The notes under the pieces are model-generated. The model saw nothing but the letters and a program-made list of their open reading frames with translations. It was not told where the DNA came from and did no database searches. DNA of 64,000 bases. Source: a virus. Where the stretch lies: IMG/VR virus record IMGVR_UViG_3300024333_000005, positions 21,242-85,241 of that record; one strand, written 5' to 3'. This document shows, piece by piece, positions 10,336 to 19,832 of this stretch; within the stretch, counting starts at the first letter, position 1, and each line of letters opens with the position of its first letter. Made by a program: the position numbers and the translations under genes.

Positions 10336-10709
10336 TGCTCAACCCCGCCAGCCTGGAGGCGGCCCTGGAGGCGGCGCTCCTGGCGTTCTTGACCAACGCC
10401 GAGGCGGTGGCCAAGCTCAAGGTGCTGGAGGCGTTCGAGCACGGCATGACGTTCACCGACCCCGGCTCCGGGGCCCAGGCCCGCGAGGAGGTGGCCGAGC
10501 GCATCGCCGCCAGCTTCACCGCCGACGTGGCGGCCGCAGGCCACGTCGGCACCCTGGCAACCGCCCTGGCCGCCGCCGTGGATGCCTTCGTGCGGCCGGC
10601 CGTGGTGACGGTGCTCCCGCTCGACCTGGGGCTCCAGACCAGCACCCCGCCGGGCTCCCCGACCGCGGGACCCGCGGCGCCGGCAACCATCACCGGGGGC
10701 CTGTCGTGA
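10335..10709 (+). CDS. Hypothetical baseplate-region protein
   Basis: Coupled ORF (TGATG) with GGAGG RBS, between spike and wedge genes. Confidence 0.6.
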   Translation: MLNPASLEAALEAALLAFLTNAEAVAKLKVLEAFEHGMTFTDPGSGAQAREEVAERIAASFTADVAAAGHVGTLATALAAAVDAFVRPAVVTVLPLDLGLQTSTPPGSPTAGPAAPATITGGLS

Positions 10710-11065
10710 CCGGCCTGGCCATTCCCGTCCGGGCGGCCCAGGGCCGGGTGGTGCTGGAGTCCGGCGAGCGGCAGCTTGCGAAGATCATCTCCCTCGCCCT
10801 GCTCGACGGCGACAGCGACCACCCCTACGGCGACGACGCCGGCACCGACAGCCCGGTCTTCGGGCTGCGCACCCCGGCGCTGGAGGCCCTCTACCGCCAC
10901 CGCGTCGAGGGCCACTTTGCCCGGCTGGAGGCGGGCCATCGGGCCCGGCTGCTCTCCCTCGACTTCCCCGGGGCGGCCGCGGGCGAGCTGCGGGTGGCGG
11001 TACGCTACGTGAACCTGGAGACCGACCGGGAAGGCGAGGTCGTCCAGACGATTCGGAGGGCCTGA
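10706..11065 (+). CDS. Baseplate wedge protein (gp25/gpW-like)
   Basis: 119 aa, directly before baseplate J; C-terminal 'ELRVAVRYVNLET' strand. Confidence 0.75.
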   Translation: MTGLAIPVRAAQGRVVLESGERQLAKIISLALLDGDSDHPYGDDAGTDSPVFGLRTPALEALYRHRVEGHFARLEAGHRARLLSLDFPGAAAGELRVAVRYVNLETDREGEVVQTIRRA

Positions 11066-13221
11066 TGCCGACCGTCTCGCCGCCCGGGCTGCGCTACAGC
11101 GGCCTCTACTACCCCGAGCTGCTCCAGGATCTCCTCGTCTGGCGCCGGGCCAACCTCCCCGAGCTGGACGACGAGGACCCGAACGAGCCGCTGATCCAGC
11201 TTCTCCGGGCCTTCGCCCTGACGGGCCACTACAGCAACGTCCTGATCGACCATGTAGCCCAGGAGTGCCTGCTCCCGACTGCCCGTCTGCGGGAGAGCGT
11301 CCGGGGGCTGCTCGCGCTCATCGGCTACCGCCTGCGGCAGCCGTCTCCGTCCAGCCTCGACCTGCTGCTCAAGCTGGCCGCACCCCTGACCGCGGCTACT
11401 TCCTTCCCGGCCCGGATGCGCTTCGGTACGCAGCCGGCCGGCGATGCCGCGGCGGTGGTCTTCGAGAGCGGGGCCGCGGCCCTGACCGTGGCCCGCACCG
11501 ACCGGCTCACGCAGGCGTGGGAGTACGACGCCAGCGGGCCGACCTGGACCGACCGCACCGCCGCCCTCAACGGGCTGGCCGGGCCCTTCGATCCCTGGGG
11601 CGGAGTGCCGGCCGCCGGCGACTGCCTCTACCTGGGGCACAGCGGGGCGCTCTGGGACGAGGTGGTCCTGACCCTTGCCGCCCTGGGCGACCTGTTCACT
11701 GTGCCTGGCTGGTACGTCTGGGAGTACTACGACGGCCAGCTTGACCGGGCCTACCCGACCGGGGTAGCCGACCTGGGCGGAGGGCAGCTCCGCTTCGACC
11801 TGACTGGCCTGCTCGGCGCCGTCACCCGAGCCGGAGCCCAGGTCCAGGTCCGCTGCCGGGTCACCGGCAAGGCCGCGACCGTCGCCTCTGCCTGGGTGGG
11901 CGGCAAGAACACCGCCACCACCACCTACCTCGGCCAGGGCGCCCCCTCCCTGCTCGCCGCCGACTACCTGGTGGGGGCGGCCTGGCGGGAGCCGGCCGCG
12001 GTCGCCGAGACGGTCGACGGGCTGGCCCGCACCCTGCGCTACGACCTGCCCGAGGGTCTGCTCCGGCGCTGGCAGACCGCCGCGGTCAACGGGACCACCG
12101 CCTACTGGCTGCGGCTGCGGGTGGTGGGGGGCTGCGCCGCTCTGGACTCGCCGCAGCCTTCCCGGGCGCGGATCGAGGGCCGGGGTCAGTGGCTCAAGAT
12201 GCTGGGTACGCAGGGGGAGAGCGCCAGCGATGATCCGGCCGGGACCTCTTCCGGCCTGGCCGACCAGACCTTCACCACCGTCGAAGACGACGTGATCGAG
12301 GGCACCCTCGCAGCCTACGCCGACGAGGGCGCCGGCGACGTGGCCTACGCGGTGGTCGACGACTTCCTGGCCTCCGACTCGGAGGACCGGCACGTGGCCG
12401 TCGCGTTCGACGCCGACGGCCGAGCGACCGTCACCTTCGGGGACGGCACCAGCGGGCGCATCCCGCCGGCGGGCAGCGTGATCCGGCTCGACTACCGCCA
12501 CGGAGCGAGCCCCGACGGCAACGTTGGCGCGGGCGAGGTGACGGTCAACCGGACCGGCGCGGCCTACGTCACCCTCGTCTCCAATCCCCGGCCGGGCGAG
12601 GGGTGGCAGGCGGCCGACGGGGCCGATGCCGCCGACCTGGCCCGGGTCAAGGTGGCCGGGCCGGCCTCCCTGCGCAACCTGGGCCGGGCCCTGACGGTTG
12701 AGGACGTGGACGCCCTGGCGGTCGAGTTCGCCGCGGCCGACGGGACCCGGCCCTGTTCCCGGGCCTACGGCATCGAGGAGGCCCTGGGGCCGAAGACGGT
12801 CAAGGTCCTGGCGGTCGGCACCGGGGGCGACGCGGTGCCCGACGAGTTGCTCGCCGAGATGGACCTCTACTTCAACGGCGACCGGGCCTCCGGCGAGCCG
12901 GGGCTGCTGGTGCTCGGCACCGAGGCCACCTGCGCGAACTACACCCCGCACCCCGTCGACGTGACCGCCACCCTGACCGGGGGCAGCGTGGCCAAGGCGG
13001 TCGCCGCCCTCCAGGCGTTCCTCAACGCTCTGGCGGTCGACGCCGACGGGAACTACGTCCACGCCTTCGGGGGCACGGTCTACCGGGAGCGGCTGGTCGC
13101 CGAGCTGTTCGCCGCCGACCCCCTGGTCCGCAACGTGGTCCTGACCCTGCCGGCCGCCGACGTAGTGCTTGGCGCCGAAGAGCTGCCGGCGGTCGGGACC
13201 CTGACGGTCGTGGTGGCCTAG
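11065..13221 (+). CDS. Baseplate J-like wedge protein
   Basis: 'E..LPTARLRESV..L..LIGY', 'VTFGDG..GRIPP', 'RALTVED' motifs. Confidence 0.92.
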   Translation: MPTVSPPGLRYSGLYYPELLQDLLVWRRANLPELDDEDPNEPLIQLLRAFALTGHYSNVLIDHVAQECLLPTARLRESVRGLLALIGYRLRQPSPSSLDLLLKLAAPLTAATSFPARMRFGTQPAGDAAAVVFESGAAALTVARTDRLTQAWEYDASGPTWTDRTAALNGLAGPFDPWGGVPAAGDCLYLGHSGALWDEVVLTLAALGDLFTVPGWYVWEYYDGQLDRAYPTGVADLGGGQLRFDLTGLLGAVTRAGAQVQVRCRVTGKAATVASAWVGGKNTATTTYLGQGAPSLLAADYLVGAAWREPAAVAETVDGLARTLRYDLPEGLLRRWQTAAVNGTTAYWLRLRVVGGCAALDSPQPSRARIEGRGQWLKMLGTQGESASDDPAGTSSGLADQTFTTVEDDVIEGTLAAYADEGAGDVAYAVVDDFLASDSEDRHVAVAFDADGRATVTFGDGTSGRIPPAGSVIRLDYRHGASPDGNVGAGEVTVNRTGAAYVTLVSNPRPGEGWQAADGADAADLARVKVAGPASLRNLGRALTVEDVDALAVEFAAADGTRPCSRAYGIEEALGPKTVKVLAVGTGGDAVPDELLAEMDLYFNGDRASGEPGLLVLGTEATCANYTPHPVDVTATLTGGSVAKAVAALQAFLNALAVDADGNYVHAFGGTVYRERLVAELFAADPLVRNVVLTLPAADVVLGAEELPAVGTLTVVVA

Positions 13222-13222
13222 C

Positions 13223-14494
13223 GTGGACGCCTTCGAGCTGGCGGCCCGGGAGCCCCCCGACGCGACCGCGCCGAGCGAGCGGTTCCTCGGGGTGCCCGAA
13301 CCGACCGACGTGGCGCCCGGCACCCTCTGGCCCTTCCTGCCGGGGGCTCTGCGGGAGCTGGACGACTCGCAGGGCAACGGCTTCCTGCGCCGCTACCTGC
13401 TCCGAGCCGGCGTCCTGTGGTCCCGCTGGCAGCGGAAGACCTGGCGGCTGCCGCTGCTCCAGCGGCCGGCCAACGTCCCGCCCGAGGTTCTTGATCACCT
13501 GCGGGCGCTGGTGGGCTTCGGGCGCGGTTCCGGCCTGCCCGACCGGATCGCCTCCCGGCTGGACGCGGCGACCCTGCGCAAGCTCTGCAAGCTGGCGGTC
13601 CCCTACTGGGCCCGGCGAGGCCGACGAGATGCCCTGGAGGACAGTATCCGCACCCTGACCGGGGTGCGGCCCCTGGTGGTCCCCTGGCACGAGCTGCGCA
13701 ACCTTCTCGACGAGGCGGTGCTGGGCGAAGAAGGCGGCCCGGCCGACCTCTGGATGGTCCACGACCACGTGGCCGAGGTCGGCCCCGGCGACGCCGACGG
13801 CGAGGTCCAAGTCCTTCTCCGGGTGCCCGACCCGGCCGGGACCCTCGACCGCGCCCTGGTGCAGGACCTCGCCGAGCTGGCCCGGCCCCTCTGCGACCGC
13901 TACGAGCTGGCCTTCGTGGACTTCCTCGACTCCTTCTACGACGGCCGGCTGGGGCACTGGGCCACCGGCGCCGGCGACCCGGCGCCCTGGGCGCCAGGCG
14001 AACCCGGCGACCCCGCGCTCTACCCGGGCCTGCTCCTGGGGCCCGGCTGCCTGGAGGCCGCGGTCACGCCCCTGTCCGCCGGCTGGACCGACTACATCTG
14101 GCAGGCCCTCGTCCGGCTGGAGGGGAACGCGGCGGTCGGGGAGCTGCGCTTCTACGTGCAGGCCAACCCGTTCAACCACTACTTCGTCGAGGTTGCCCTG
14201 GGTATCCTGCGCCTCTGGCGCTCCGGCCCGGGGCCGGGGCCGGCGCTGCTCGACTCGGCGGCGGTCGCCACGTACCCGGGCGTTTACGCCGCCCGCATCG
14301 ACGTTGCCCCGCTGGGTGGCGGCGGCAACCTGCTCCGGGTCTGGTGGGACGGCGTGCTCGTCCTGGAGCACGCCGGCGACGCGAACTACTCGCAGGGCGG
14401 GGTGGCGGTAGCCAACGCGGGCACCGACGCCCTGCGCCTGATGCGCACCGAGCTGTACCAGCGGCCGCTTGCGACCGTGACCCTGGCCCCGTAG
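13223..14494 (+). CDS. Baseplate/tail protein (P2 gpI-like N-terminus, beta-sandwich C-terminus)
   Basis: 'LDHLRALVG', 'YWARRG..DALE..IR.LTG'; follows baseplate J. Confidence 0.7.
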   Translation: MDAFELAAREPPDATAPSERFLGVPEPTDVAPGTLWPFLPGALRELDDSQGNGFLRRYLLRAGVLWSRWQRKTWRLPLLQRPANVPPEVLDHLRALVGFGRGSGLPDRIASRLDAATLRKLCKLAVPYWARRGRRDALEDSIRTLTGVRPLVVPWHELRNLLDEAVLGEEGGPADLWMVHDHVAEVGPGDADGEVQVLLRVPDPAGTLDRALVQDLAELARPLCDRYELAFVDFLDSFYDGRLGHWATGAGDPAPWAPGEPGDPALYPGLLLGPGCLEAAVTPLSAGWTDYIWQALVRLEGNAAVGELRFYVQANPFNHYFVEVALGILRLWRSGPGPGPALLDSAAVATYPGVYAARIDVAPLGGGGNLLRVWWDGVLVLEHAGDANYSQGGVAVANAGTDALRLMRTELYQRPLATVTLAP

Positions 14495-14503
14495 GAGGTC
14501 CCC

Positions 14504-17173
14504 GTGCCGACCGGCTCCCGCTACGCCAACTTCGTCGCCAAGCGCCTCCTCGGGGTCCCGCAGCTCAAGGACCACTTCCTCGACTACCTGACCGCCCGGG
14601 TGGCCGAGGCGTTGCAGCGGCTCTACCCGACCAGCGGACTCGACCGGGCGGTCTCCTTCGGGCTGGGCGCCGCCGACGTTTTCTCCCTGGCCCCGCTCGG
14701 GCTCTCCGCCTTCGACAACGCCGGCAACGTGGTCGCCCCGCCGAACGCCCTGGTGCAGGCCGTGCCCTTCGAGAACGCGGCCACGATCAACTACCAGGTC
14801 GGCGTCGAGTACGCCCGGCGCCCCTACGAGGCGGAGACCAACCCCCGGACCGGCGCTGCCCTCTACACCGCCTGGGAGGACAGCCTGGGCCGGGACGGGG
14901 CGCCCTCGTCGGTGGCATGGGACCCGGGGCTCGGCAAGCTGACCTTCGGGCTGAACTCGGTCTGCGAGGCCGGCGTAAGCCACGCCGGCCGGACCGCGGT
15001 GGTGTGGCTGAACACCCCGGCCTCCCCGGTCGCCGCCACGGCCATCGTCTCCGGCCTGGTCACCTGGGCCGGCGGCGAGAACCGGCTGGTGGTCACCGGC
15101 AAGCTGGGGCAGAGCGGGTCGCCGTCGGTCAACCCCGCCCACTACACGGTCCTCCTGCTCGGGCTCACCGTCCGCCGCAACGAGGACCTGACCCTGCTCC
15201 CCAACGTCGCCTACGTCGGCAAGGTCGTCGGCGGCGGCCCCGGCAACCCGCCGGCGGGCCAGGACCTCACCGGGCAGTTCGTCTACTTCCTGGGCGCGGC
15301 CGGGCTCAATGAGGTCCTGGAGTTCGACGGCGCCGGGCACGTCAAGGTCCGGGTGAAGCGGTGGGCGGGCGAGGCCGGCGACGCCCGGCAGATCAGCGTG
15401 ATCGACGAGGCCGGCAATGTCCTCTTCCGGGTCGAGGCCGACGGCGACCTGCGGGCGGGACACGCCGGCCTGGCCGCGAGCCCGAAGCTCCGCCTGGTCG
15501 AACAGCACGGCGAGGGCACCCTTGGGACCGACGCCAACGTCCTGATCCTCCGCAACGCCATCGTCGGGGGTGGCATCCAGCTCACCACCCAGAAACAGGA
15601 GAGCGCCGGCTTCCGGGGCCTGGTCCTGCTCGGCGGCTACGAGGAGACCGTGGTGTCCTCGCCCGATGCCGAGATGCTGCTCGGCGACACCCACACGCCG
15701 CTCCTGGTGCCCCTCTCCGGGGCCCCGGCCAACGAGAGCCAGCTCAAGGGGGCGAGCCCGGGCAACCTGCTCGGCGCCCTCAACTGCGTGCCTACCGGAG
15801 TCGAGAACGCCCAGGGGTCGGTCCTGGTCGAGGGCGCCAGCGGGGCCGGCTCCGGCGCCGGGAAGTTCACCGTCTCCCAGGGCGGGTTCGTGATCGACGG
15901 CTGCTACCGCTGGATGGAGGAGTACCAGTTCACCGGCATCCCGGCCGGGGCCACCCGCTACGTCGGGCTGGACGTGAGCGGGGTCGCCTACGCCATCGGC
16001 GCCAACATCTCCAGCTTCCAGGCCGAGGACGTGCTGCTCTGGCGCTTCCAGACCGACGGCGCCGGAAACCCGATCAACCTGGTGGACCTGCGCCGGCCGC
16101 TCTACCGGGACGGGAAGCGGGTGACCTTGACCGTCGGTCCCTCCGGCACCCCGACCATGTTCCGCACCATCGGCAAGGCGGTCGCCTGCATCGGCGAGCT
16201 GCGCTCCCCCCTGGCGGGGACCGGCGACACCCGGGGCTTCGAGGTGCTGGTGGTGGGGCCGACCGACGAGGGCACAAGCCCGGTGGTCCTGCCCTGCTCC
16301 GGCATCACCATCCGGGGCCTGTCCAAGGAGCGGGCCCGGATCACCTTCACCGCCCTCAACGGCGGCCTCTTCAACCTCAACGGCAAGGACGACCTGGCCT
16401 TCCGGGATCTGACGCTGGTGGCGGACGGAGGCGCCCCCGGCGCGGCGGACCCTCCCAAGGTAGGCTTCTACCACACCGGGGCCGGCACCTACTGCGACCG
16501 GGTCTGCATCGAGAACGTGGACCTGGTGCAGGACGGGGGAGGCGACTACTGGAACGGCGTCCTCTGGAGCGACTCCGGCGGCCTGCGGGACTGCCTCCTC
16601 GACGGGGTGCGGAGCAGCGTCGTCCGGGACTTCGGGGTGGTGGTCGCCGAAGCCTCCCGCTGCACCCTGCGGGGCTGCTACTTCGCGGCCGCCAGCACGC
16701 CGTTGCGGGCGGCGGGCGAGCTGGATGGCGTACTCATCAAGGGCGGGGGGTACTGCCAGATCGAGGGCTGCCGCCTGACCCTCTTCGCCGAGCACGCCGT
16801 CTCCCTGGAGGGTGCTTCCCAGGCGTGCTGTGTCCAGGGCTGCTACAGCAGCGAGACCGGCACGCCGGCCTACGAGGCCACGACCGCGACCCTGCGCCAT
16901 CGCTTCATCGGCAACGTCGCCGGGCAGGTTGGCCCGGCCGCGGGGACGGTCCCCTGCATCACCGTGGATGGGCAGCGCTGCGTGGTCCTGGGCAACGTCC
17001 TCCAGCCGAACGCCGGGGCCGCCATCAAGGTCGGGGTGCGCTTCGAGGTCAACTCGGTAGGTTGCACCGCCCTGGGCAACACCACCGATGCTGCGCCTTC
17101 GGTGCCCGTCTCCGACGGCGGCGCCGGCAACCTCTGGCAGACCGCCACCGACGGGGACCCGCTCAATGCCTAG
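14504..17173 (+). CDS. Tail fibre/spike with C-terminal right-handed beta-helix (possible depolymerase)
   Basis: AGGAGG RBS; 'FRTIGKAV' helix cap, 'GITIRG', repeated 'xxxGCx/GN' beta-helix turns. Confidence 0.75.
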   Translation: MPTGSRYANFVAKRLLGVPQLKDHFLDYLTARVAEALQRLYPTSGLDRAVSFGLGAADVFSLAPLGLSAFDNAGNVVAPPNALVQAVPFENAATINYQVGVEYARRPYEAETNPRTGAALYTAWEDSLGRDGAPSSVAWDPGLGKLTFGLNSVCEAGVSHAGRTAVVWLNTPASPVAATAIVSGLVTWAGGENRLVVTGKLGQSGSPSVNPAHYTVLLLGLTVRRNEDLTLLPNVAYVGKVVGGGPGNPPAGQDLTGQFVYFLGAAGLNEVLEFDGAGHVKVRVKRWAGEAGDARQISVIDEAGNVLFRVEADGDLRAGHAGLAASPKLRLVEQHGEGTLGTDANVLILRNAIVGGGIQLTTQKQESAGFRGLVLLGGYEETVVSSPDAEMLLGDTHTPLLVPLSGAPANESQLKGASPGNLLGALNCVPTGVENAQGSVLVEGASGAGSGAGKFTVSQGGFVIDGCYRWMEEYQFTGIPAGATRYVGLDVSGVAYAIGANISSFQAEDVLLWRFQTDGAGNPINLVDLRRPLYRDGKRVTLTVGPSGTPTMFRTIGKAVACIGELRSPLAGTGDTRGFEVLVVGPTDEGTSPVVLPCSGITIRGLSKERARITFTALNGGLFNLNGKDDLAFRDLTLVADGGAPGAADPPKVGFYHTGAGTYCDRVCIENVDLVQDGGGDYWNGVLWSDSGGLRDCLLDGVRSSVVRDFGVVVAEASRCTLRGCYFAAASTPLRAAGELDGVLIKGGGYCQIEGCRLTLFAEHAVSLEGASQACCVQGCYSSETGTPAYEATTATLRHRFIGNVAGQVGPAAGTVPCITVDGQRCVVLGNVLQPNAGAAIKVGVRFEVNSVGCTALGNTTDAAPSVPVSDGGAGNLWQTATDGDPLNA

Positions 17174-17882
17174 CCCTCCGCCCGACCTCTGGAGTCCGAA
17201 GGCCACCAGCTTCTCCCGGAGTCTGCGGAAGCTCGGCGCCCGGGGAACGATGCCGCAGGCGGTGGTGGTCCACACCACCGGCTCCGGCATCCTGGTCGCC
17301 GCCCTCAAGGAAGGGCGGGACCCGCTGGCCTACGCCGCGGCCTACTACGCTCGGCCCGACAGCTTCACCTCGGGCTACCTGGTGGGCCACGAGGGGGAAG
17401 TGGTGGGGCTGGTGCCCGACAACCTCATCGCCTGCCACGCCGGGGTGGGGCAGGGCCGGGCGGCGCTCTACGCCCGGGGCCAGGCTCACTGGACCCGGCT
17501 CGCCGGCGGGGCCGACGGCGCCTGGAGCGAGGACCCGAAGCACGAGGGACGGTACCGGGACTGGGTGGCCCGCTGGCCGGGCCTGACCTCCCCCCGGGCC
17601 CTGCTCGACGGCTACGACCTGGGGGTCAACGCCCGCACCCTCTCCCTCGACCTGCTCGCCCCGGTGCCCGGCGAAGCGCACCCCGAGGCGCAGCTCCGGG
17701 CGGCCGCCGACCTGGCCTTCGACCTGCTCCTCCGACACCGCCACGAGCCCCCGACGAAGCGGACGGTGCTTCGGCACTCCGACCTCGACCCTTTGGTCCG
17801 CTCGACCGCGGCCGGCGGATGGGACCCGCCCCGGGCCGCCTTCGTCCGGCTCTGTGACCTGCTCGGATTCGCGGCATGGTAG
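17166..17882 (+). CDS. Endolysin, N-acetylmuramoyl-L-alanine amidase (Amidase_2)
   Basis: 'VVVHTTG', 'ACHAG', 'N..TLSLDL', 'Q..AA..L', 'VLRHSDLDP...DP' Zn-amidase motifs. Confidence 0.85.
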   Translation: MPSPPPDLWSPKATSFSRSLRKLGARGTMPQAVVVHTTGSGILVAALKEGRDPLAYAAAYYARPDSFTSGYLVGHEGEVVGLVPDNLIACHAGVGQGRAALYARGQAHWTRLAGGADGAWSEDPKHEGRYRDWVARWPGLTSPRALLDGYDLGVNARTLSLDLLAPVPGEAHPEAQLRAAADLAFDLLLRHRHEPPTKRTVLRHSDLDPLVRSTAAGGWDPPRAAFVRLCDLLGFAAW

Positions 17883-18427
17883 AGCGGCGCCGGAGCCGGG
17901 TGCTGCCGCTGGGCCTGCTCCTGGCCTACGCCGTGGTCGACCAGGGCGGCCCGCGACTGGTCGAAGCGGCCTGCGCCCCGCCGCGCCCGCTGCTGCCCCG
18001 GCGGCCGCCTGCCCGGGCGCCGGCCCTGCCCCGGCCGGAGCCGGCCATCGACGCCCTGGCCGGCATGATCTGCAACGAGTGCCTGGTCTGCTCGCCGGCC
18101 GAGCGGCTGGCGGTTGGACAGGTTGCTCTGACCCGGGCCTCTCGGCCGGGGTGGTGGGGTCGGAACCTGGCCGAAGTCCTGGCCGCGCCGGGGCAGTTCG
18201 CCGCGCCTCACCCGGACTGCGCGACCCTGCCCGACCAGACCCGGGAAACCCTGCGCTGCGAGGCCCGGCTGCTCCTGGAGGGGCGATACCAAGGACCGGC
18301 GAGGGGGGCGGTGTTCTTTCATGCTCGGCGCCTTGCTCCGTCTCCCTGGCCCGACTTGGCCGCGGGCGAGGCCGAGGTGCCCCCGGAGTGGTACCACCGC
18401 TTCTACCGCCTGGAGCCACGACGATGA
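17876..18427 (+). CDS. SleB-like cell wall hydrolase (Hydrolase_2) with N-terminal signal/anchor
   Basis: 'LAGMICNE', 'LAVGQV..TR', 'V..PGQF', 'GAVFFHA', 'HRFY'. Confidence 0.8.
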   Translation: MVERRRSRVLPLGLLLAYAVVDQGGPRLVEAACAPPRPLLPRRPPARAPALPRPEPAIDALAGMICNECLVCSPAERLAVGQVALTRASRPGWWGRNLAEVLAAPGQFAAPHPDCATLPDQTRETLRCEARLLLEGRYQGPARGAVFFHARRLAPSPWPDLAAGEAEVPPEWYHRFYRLEPRR

Positions 18428-18924
18428 GCGCGTCCGAGGACCGCATCCGCACCGAGGTAGAGCCCCGCTTCCGCCGGCGCCCCTGGGCGAGGATCATCGC
18501 CCTGTCGGTCGGGGCTGCGGCTCTGGTCACCCTGCTCGACGCCACCACCGATCTGCTCGGCTACTCCCGGCGGGTCCTGGGCGCCCTGACTGCCGACTCG
18601 GCCGAGGCGGTCGCCGTCCGAGTCGCCGAGTCGGCCGTGGCCCCGGTGCGGCTCCAGGCGGCCGAGGCGAAGACGGTGGCGGTCGAAGCCAAGGGCGCGG
18701 CGAGCACCGCCCTGGACCTGGCCCGGGACACCCGGCTCGCCCAGGGGGTCGGGCTCTGTGCCCAAGCGGGCGGCGTGCCGGACCTGGCCTTCGAGGTCAA
18801 GTGCGAGTGGGACGATGGCGGCGGGAGCGAGCCACTGGACGACGTGCGGGCCTTGGCCAAGCGCGTCGGCGCCAAGCTCCGCCGAGATGCCGACCGGCGC
18901 CGGCGGGGAAGGAGAACCCCATGA
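18424..18924 (+). CDS. Membrane-anchored coiled-coil protein (i-spanin-like candidate)
   Basis: One N-terminal TM segment followed by an Ala-rich helical region; in lysis cluster. Confidence 0.45.
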   Translation: MSASEDRIRTEVEPRFRRRPWARIIALSVGAAALVTLLDATTDLLGYSRRVLGALTADSAEAVAVRVAESAVAPVRLQAAEAKTVAVEAKGAASTALDLARDTRLAQGVGLCAQAGGVPDLAFEVKCEWDDGGGSEPLDDVRALAKRVGAKLRRDADRRRRGRRTP

Positions 18925-19262
18925 GCAAGTCCGCGTTGCCCCCGCCCTCCCCGGACCTCGCGCCGGGGACCGGCCTTCCGCCCCCGAAGCCCGGCTGGAA
19001 GACCACCGAGCTGTGGATCACCCTGGCCGTCCAGGTGGTCGCCGTGCTGCTCGACTCGGGCGTGCTCGGCGAGGGCCGCCTGGCCCTGGCGGCCGGGGCC
19101 CTGCTCCACGTCGCCGGCCTGTTCGGCTACGTGGCGGCCCGGACGGTGGCCAAGAAGGCCCACGAGGCGGCCCGGGCCGCGGTCCGGGTCGAGACCCTGC
19201 GGACCCTGGAAGACATGAGCCCGGAGGAGAAGGCGGCGTGGCTGGAGCGGCTCGCCGCCTGA
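18921..19262 (+). CDS. Holin-like membrane protein
   Basis: AGGAG RBS; 'KPGWKTTELW' followed by two TM segments and a charged C-terminus. Confidence 0.65.
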   Translation: MSKSALPPPSPDLAPGTGLPPPKPGWKTTELWITLAVQVVAVLLDSGVLGEGRLALAAGALLHVAGLFGYVAARTVAKKAHEAARAAVRVETLRTLEDMSPEEKAAWLERLAA

Positions 19263-19804
19263 TCCTGCTCGGCGCCCTGCTCGGGCCTGCCCCAGCGGCG
19301 GCCGAGCCGGCCGACTGCCACCGGGCCAGCACCGACGCCTGCCTCTGCATCTCGGAGGGGGCGGCGGCCCGGCTGGGCTGGCCCGCGGAGCCCGGCTGCG
19401 GGGTCCCCCCGCCAGGTTGCCGTTGCCGGCCCCAGGATGCCCCAGGACGCACGGAAGCCTCGCCCCCCTGCCTGGACCCCTCCGCCCCCTCTCCCTATGC
19501 CCCTGAAGGCGCTGGCGGCCCCCAATCGGCCACCTACGTCGGGGAGTGCGTCTGCGCCGCAGCCGAGGCGGTCGGCCGCCTGGAGGCGCGCCTGGGCCTG
19601 ACCGTGGACCGGCGGCACGAGTGCAATGCCTCCCCGCCGCCGGGCGAGGTCTGCCTGCCCGAGTCGGTTGCCGACCTGGTCCTCGCGGCCGCCGAGGCCG
19701 ACCGGCAAGTGCCCGACTTGAAGGCCGGCTGGACGGGGCTGATCGCCGGCGCCGTTCTGGTTGCCGCCATCCTGCTCAACTGGCTCTTGTGGGCCAAGGG
19801 CTAG
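19238..19804 (+). CDS. Cys-rich exported protein with C-terminal TM anchor
   Basis: GTG after GGAGAAGG; signal peptide 'RRLILLGALLGPAPAAA'; many Cys; C-term 'GLIAGAVLVAAILLNWLLW'. Confidence 0.55.
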   Translation: MAGAARRLILLGALLGPAPAAAEPADCHRASTDACLCISEGAAARLGWPAEPGCGVPPPGCRCRPQDAPGRTEASPPCLDPSAPSPYAPEGAGGPQSATYVGECVCAAAEAVGRLEARLGLTVDRRHECNASPPPGEVCLPESVADLVLAAAEADRQVPDLKAGWTGLIAGAVLVAAILLNWLLWAKG

Positions 19805-19832
19805 CTCGCGGCGCGGGTAGGGCTCGGCGGAG

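Noticed and set aside
1-17173. Tail locus as a stand-alone eCIS/tailocin
   Set aside because: Terminase, portal, head morphogenesis and replication genes in the same element show it is a phage
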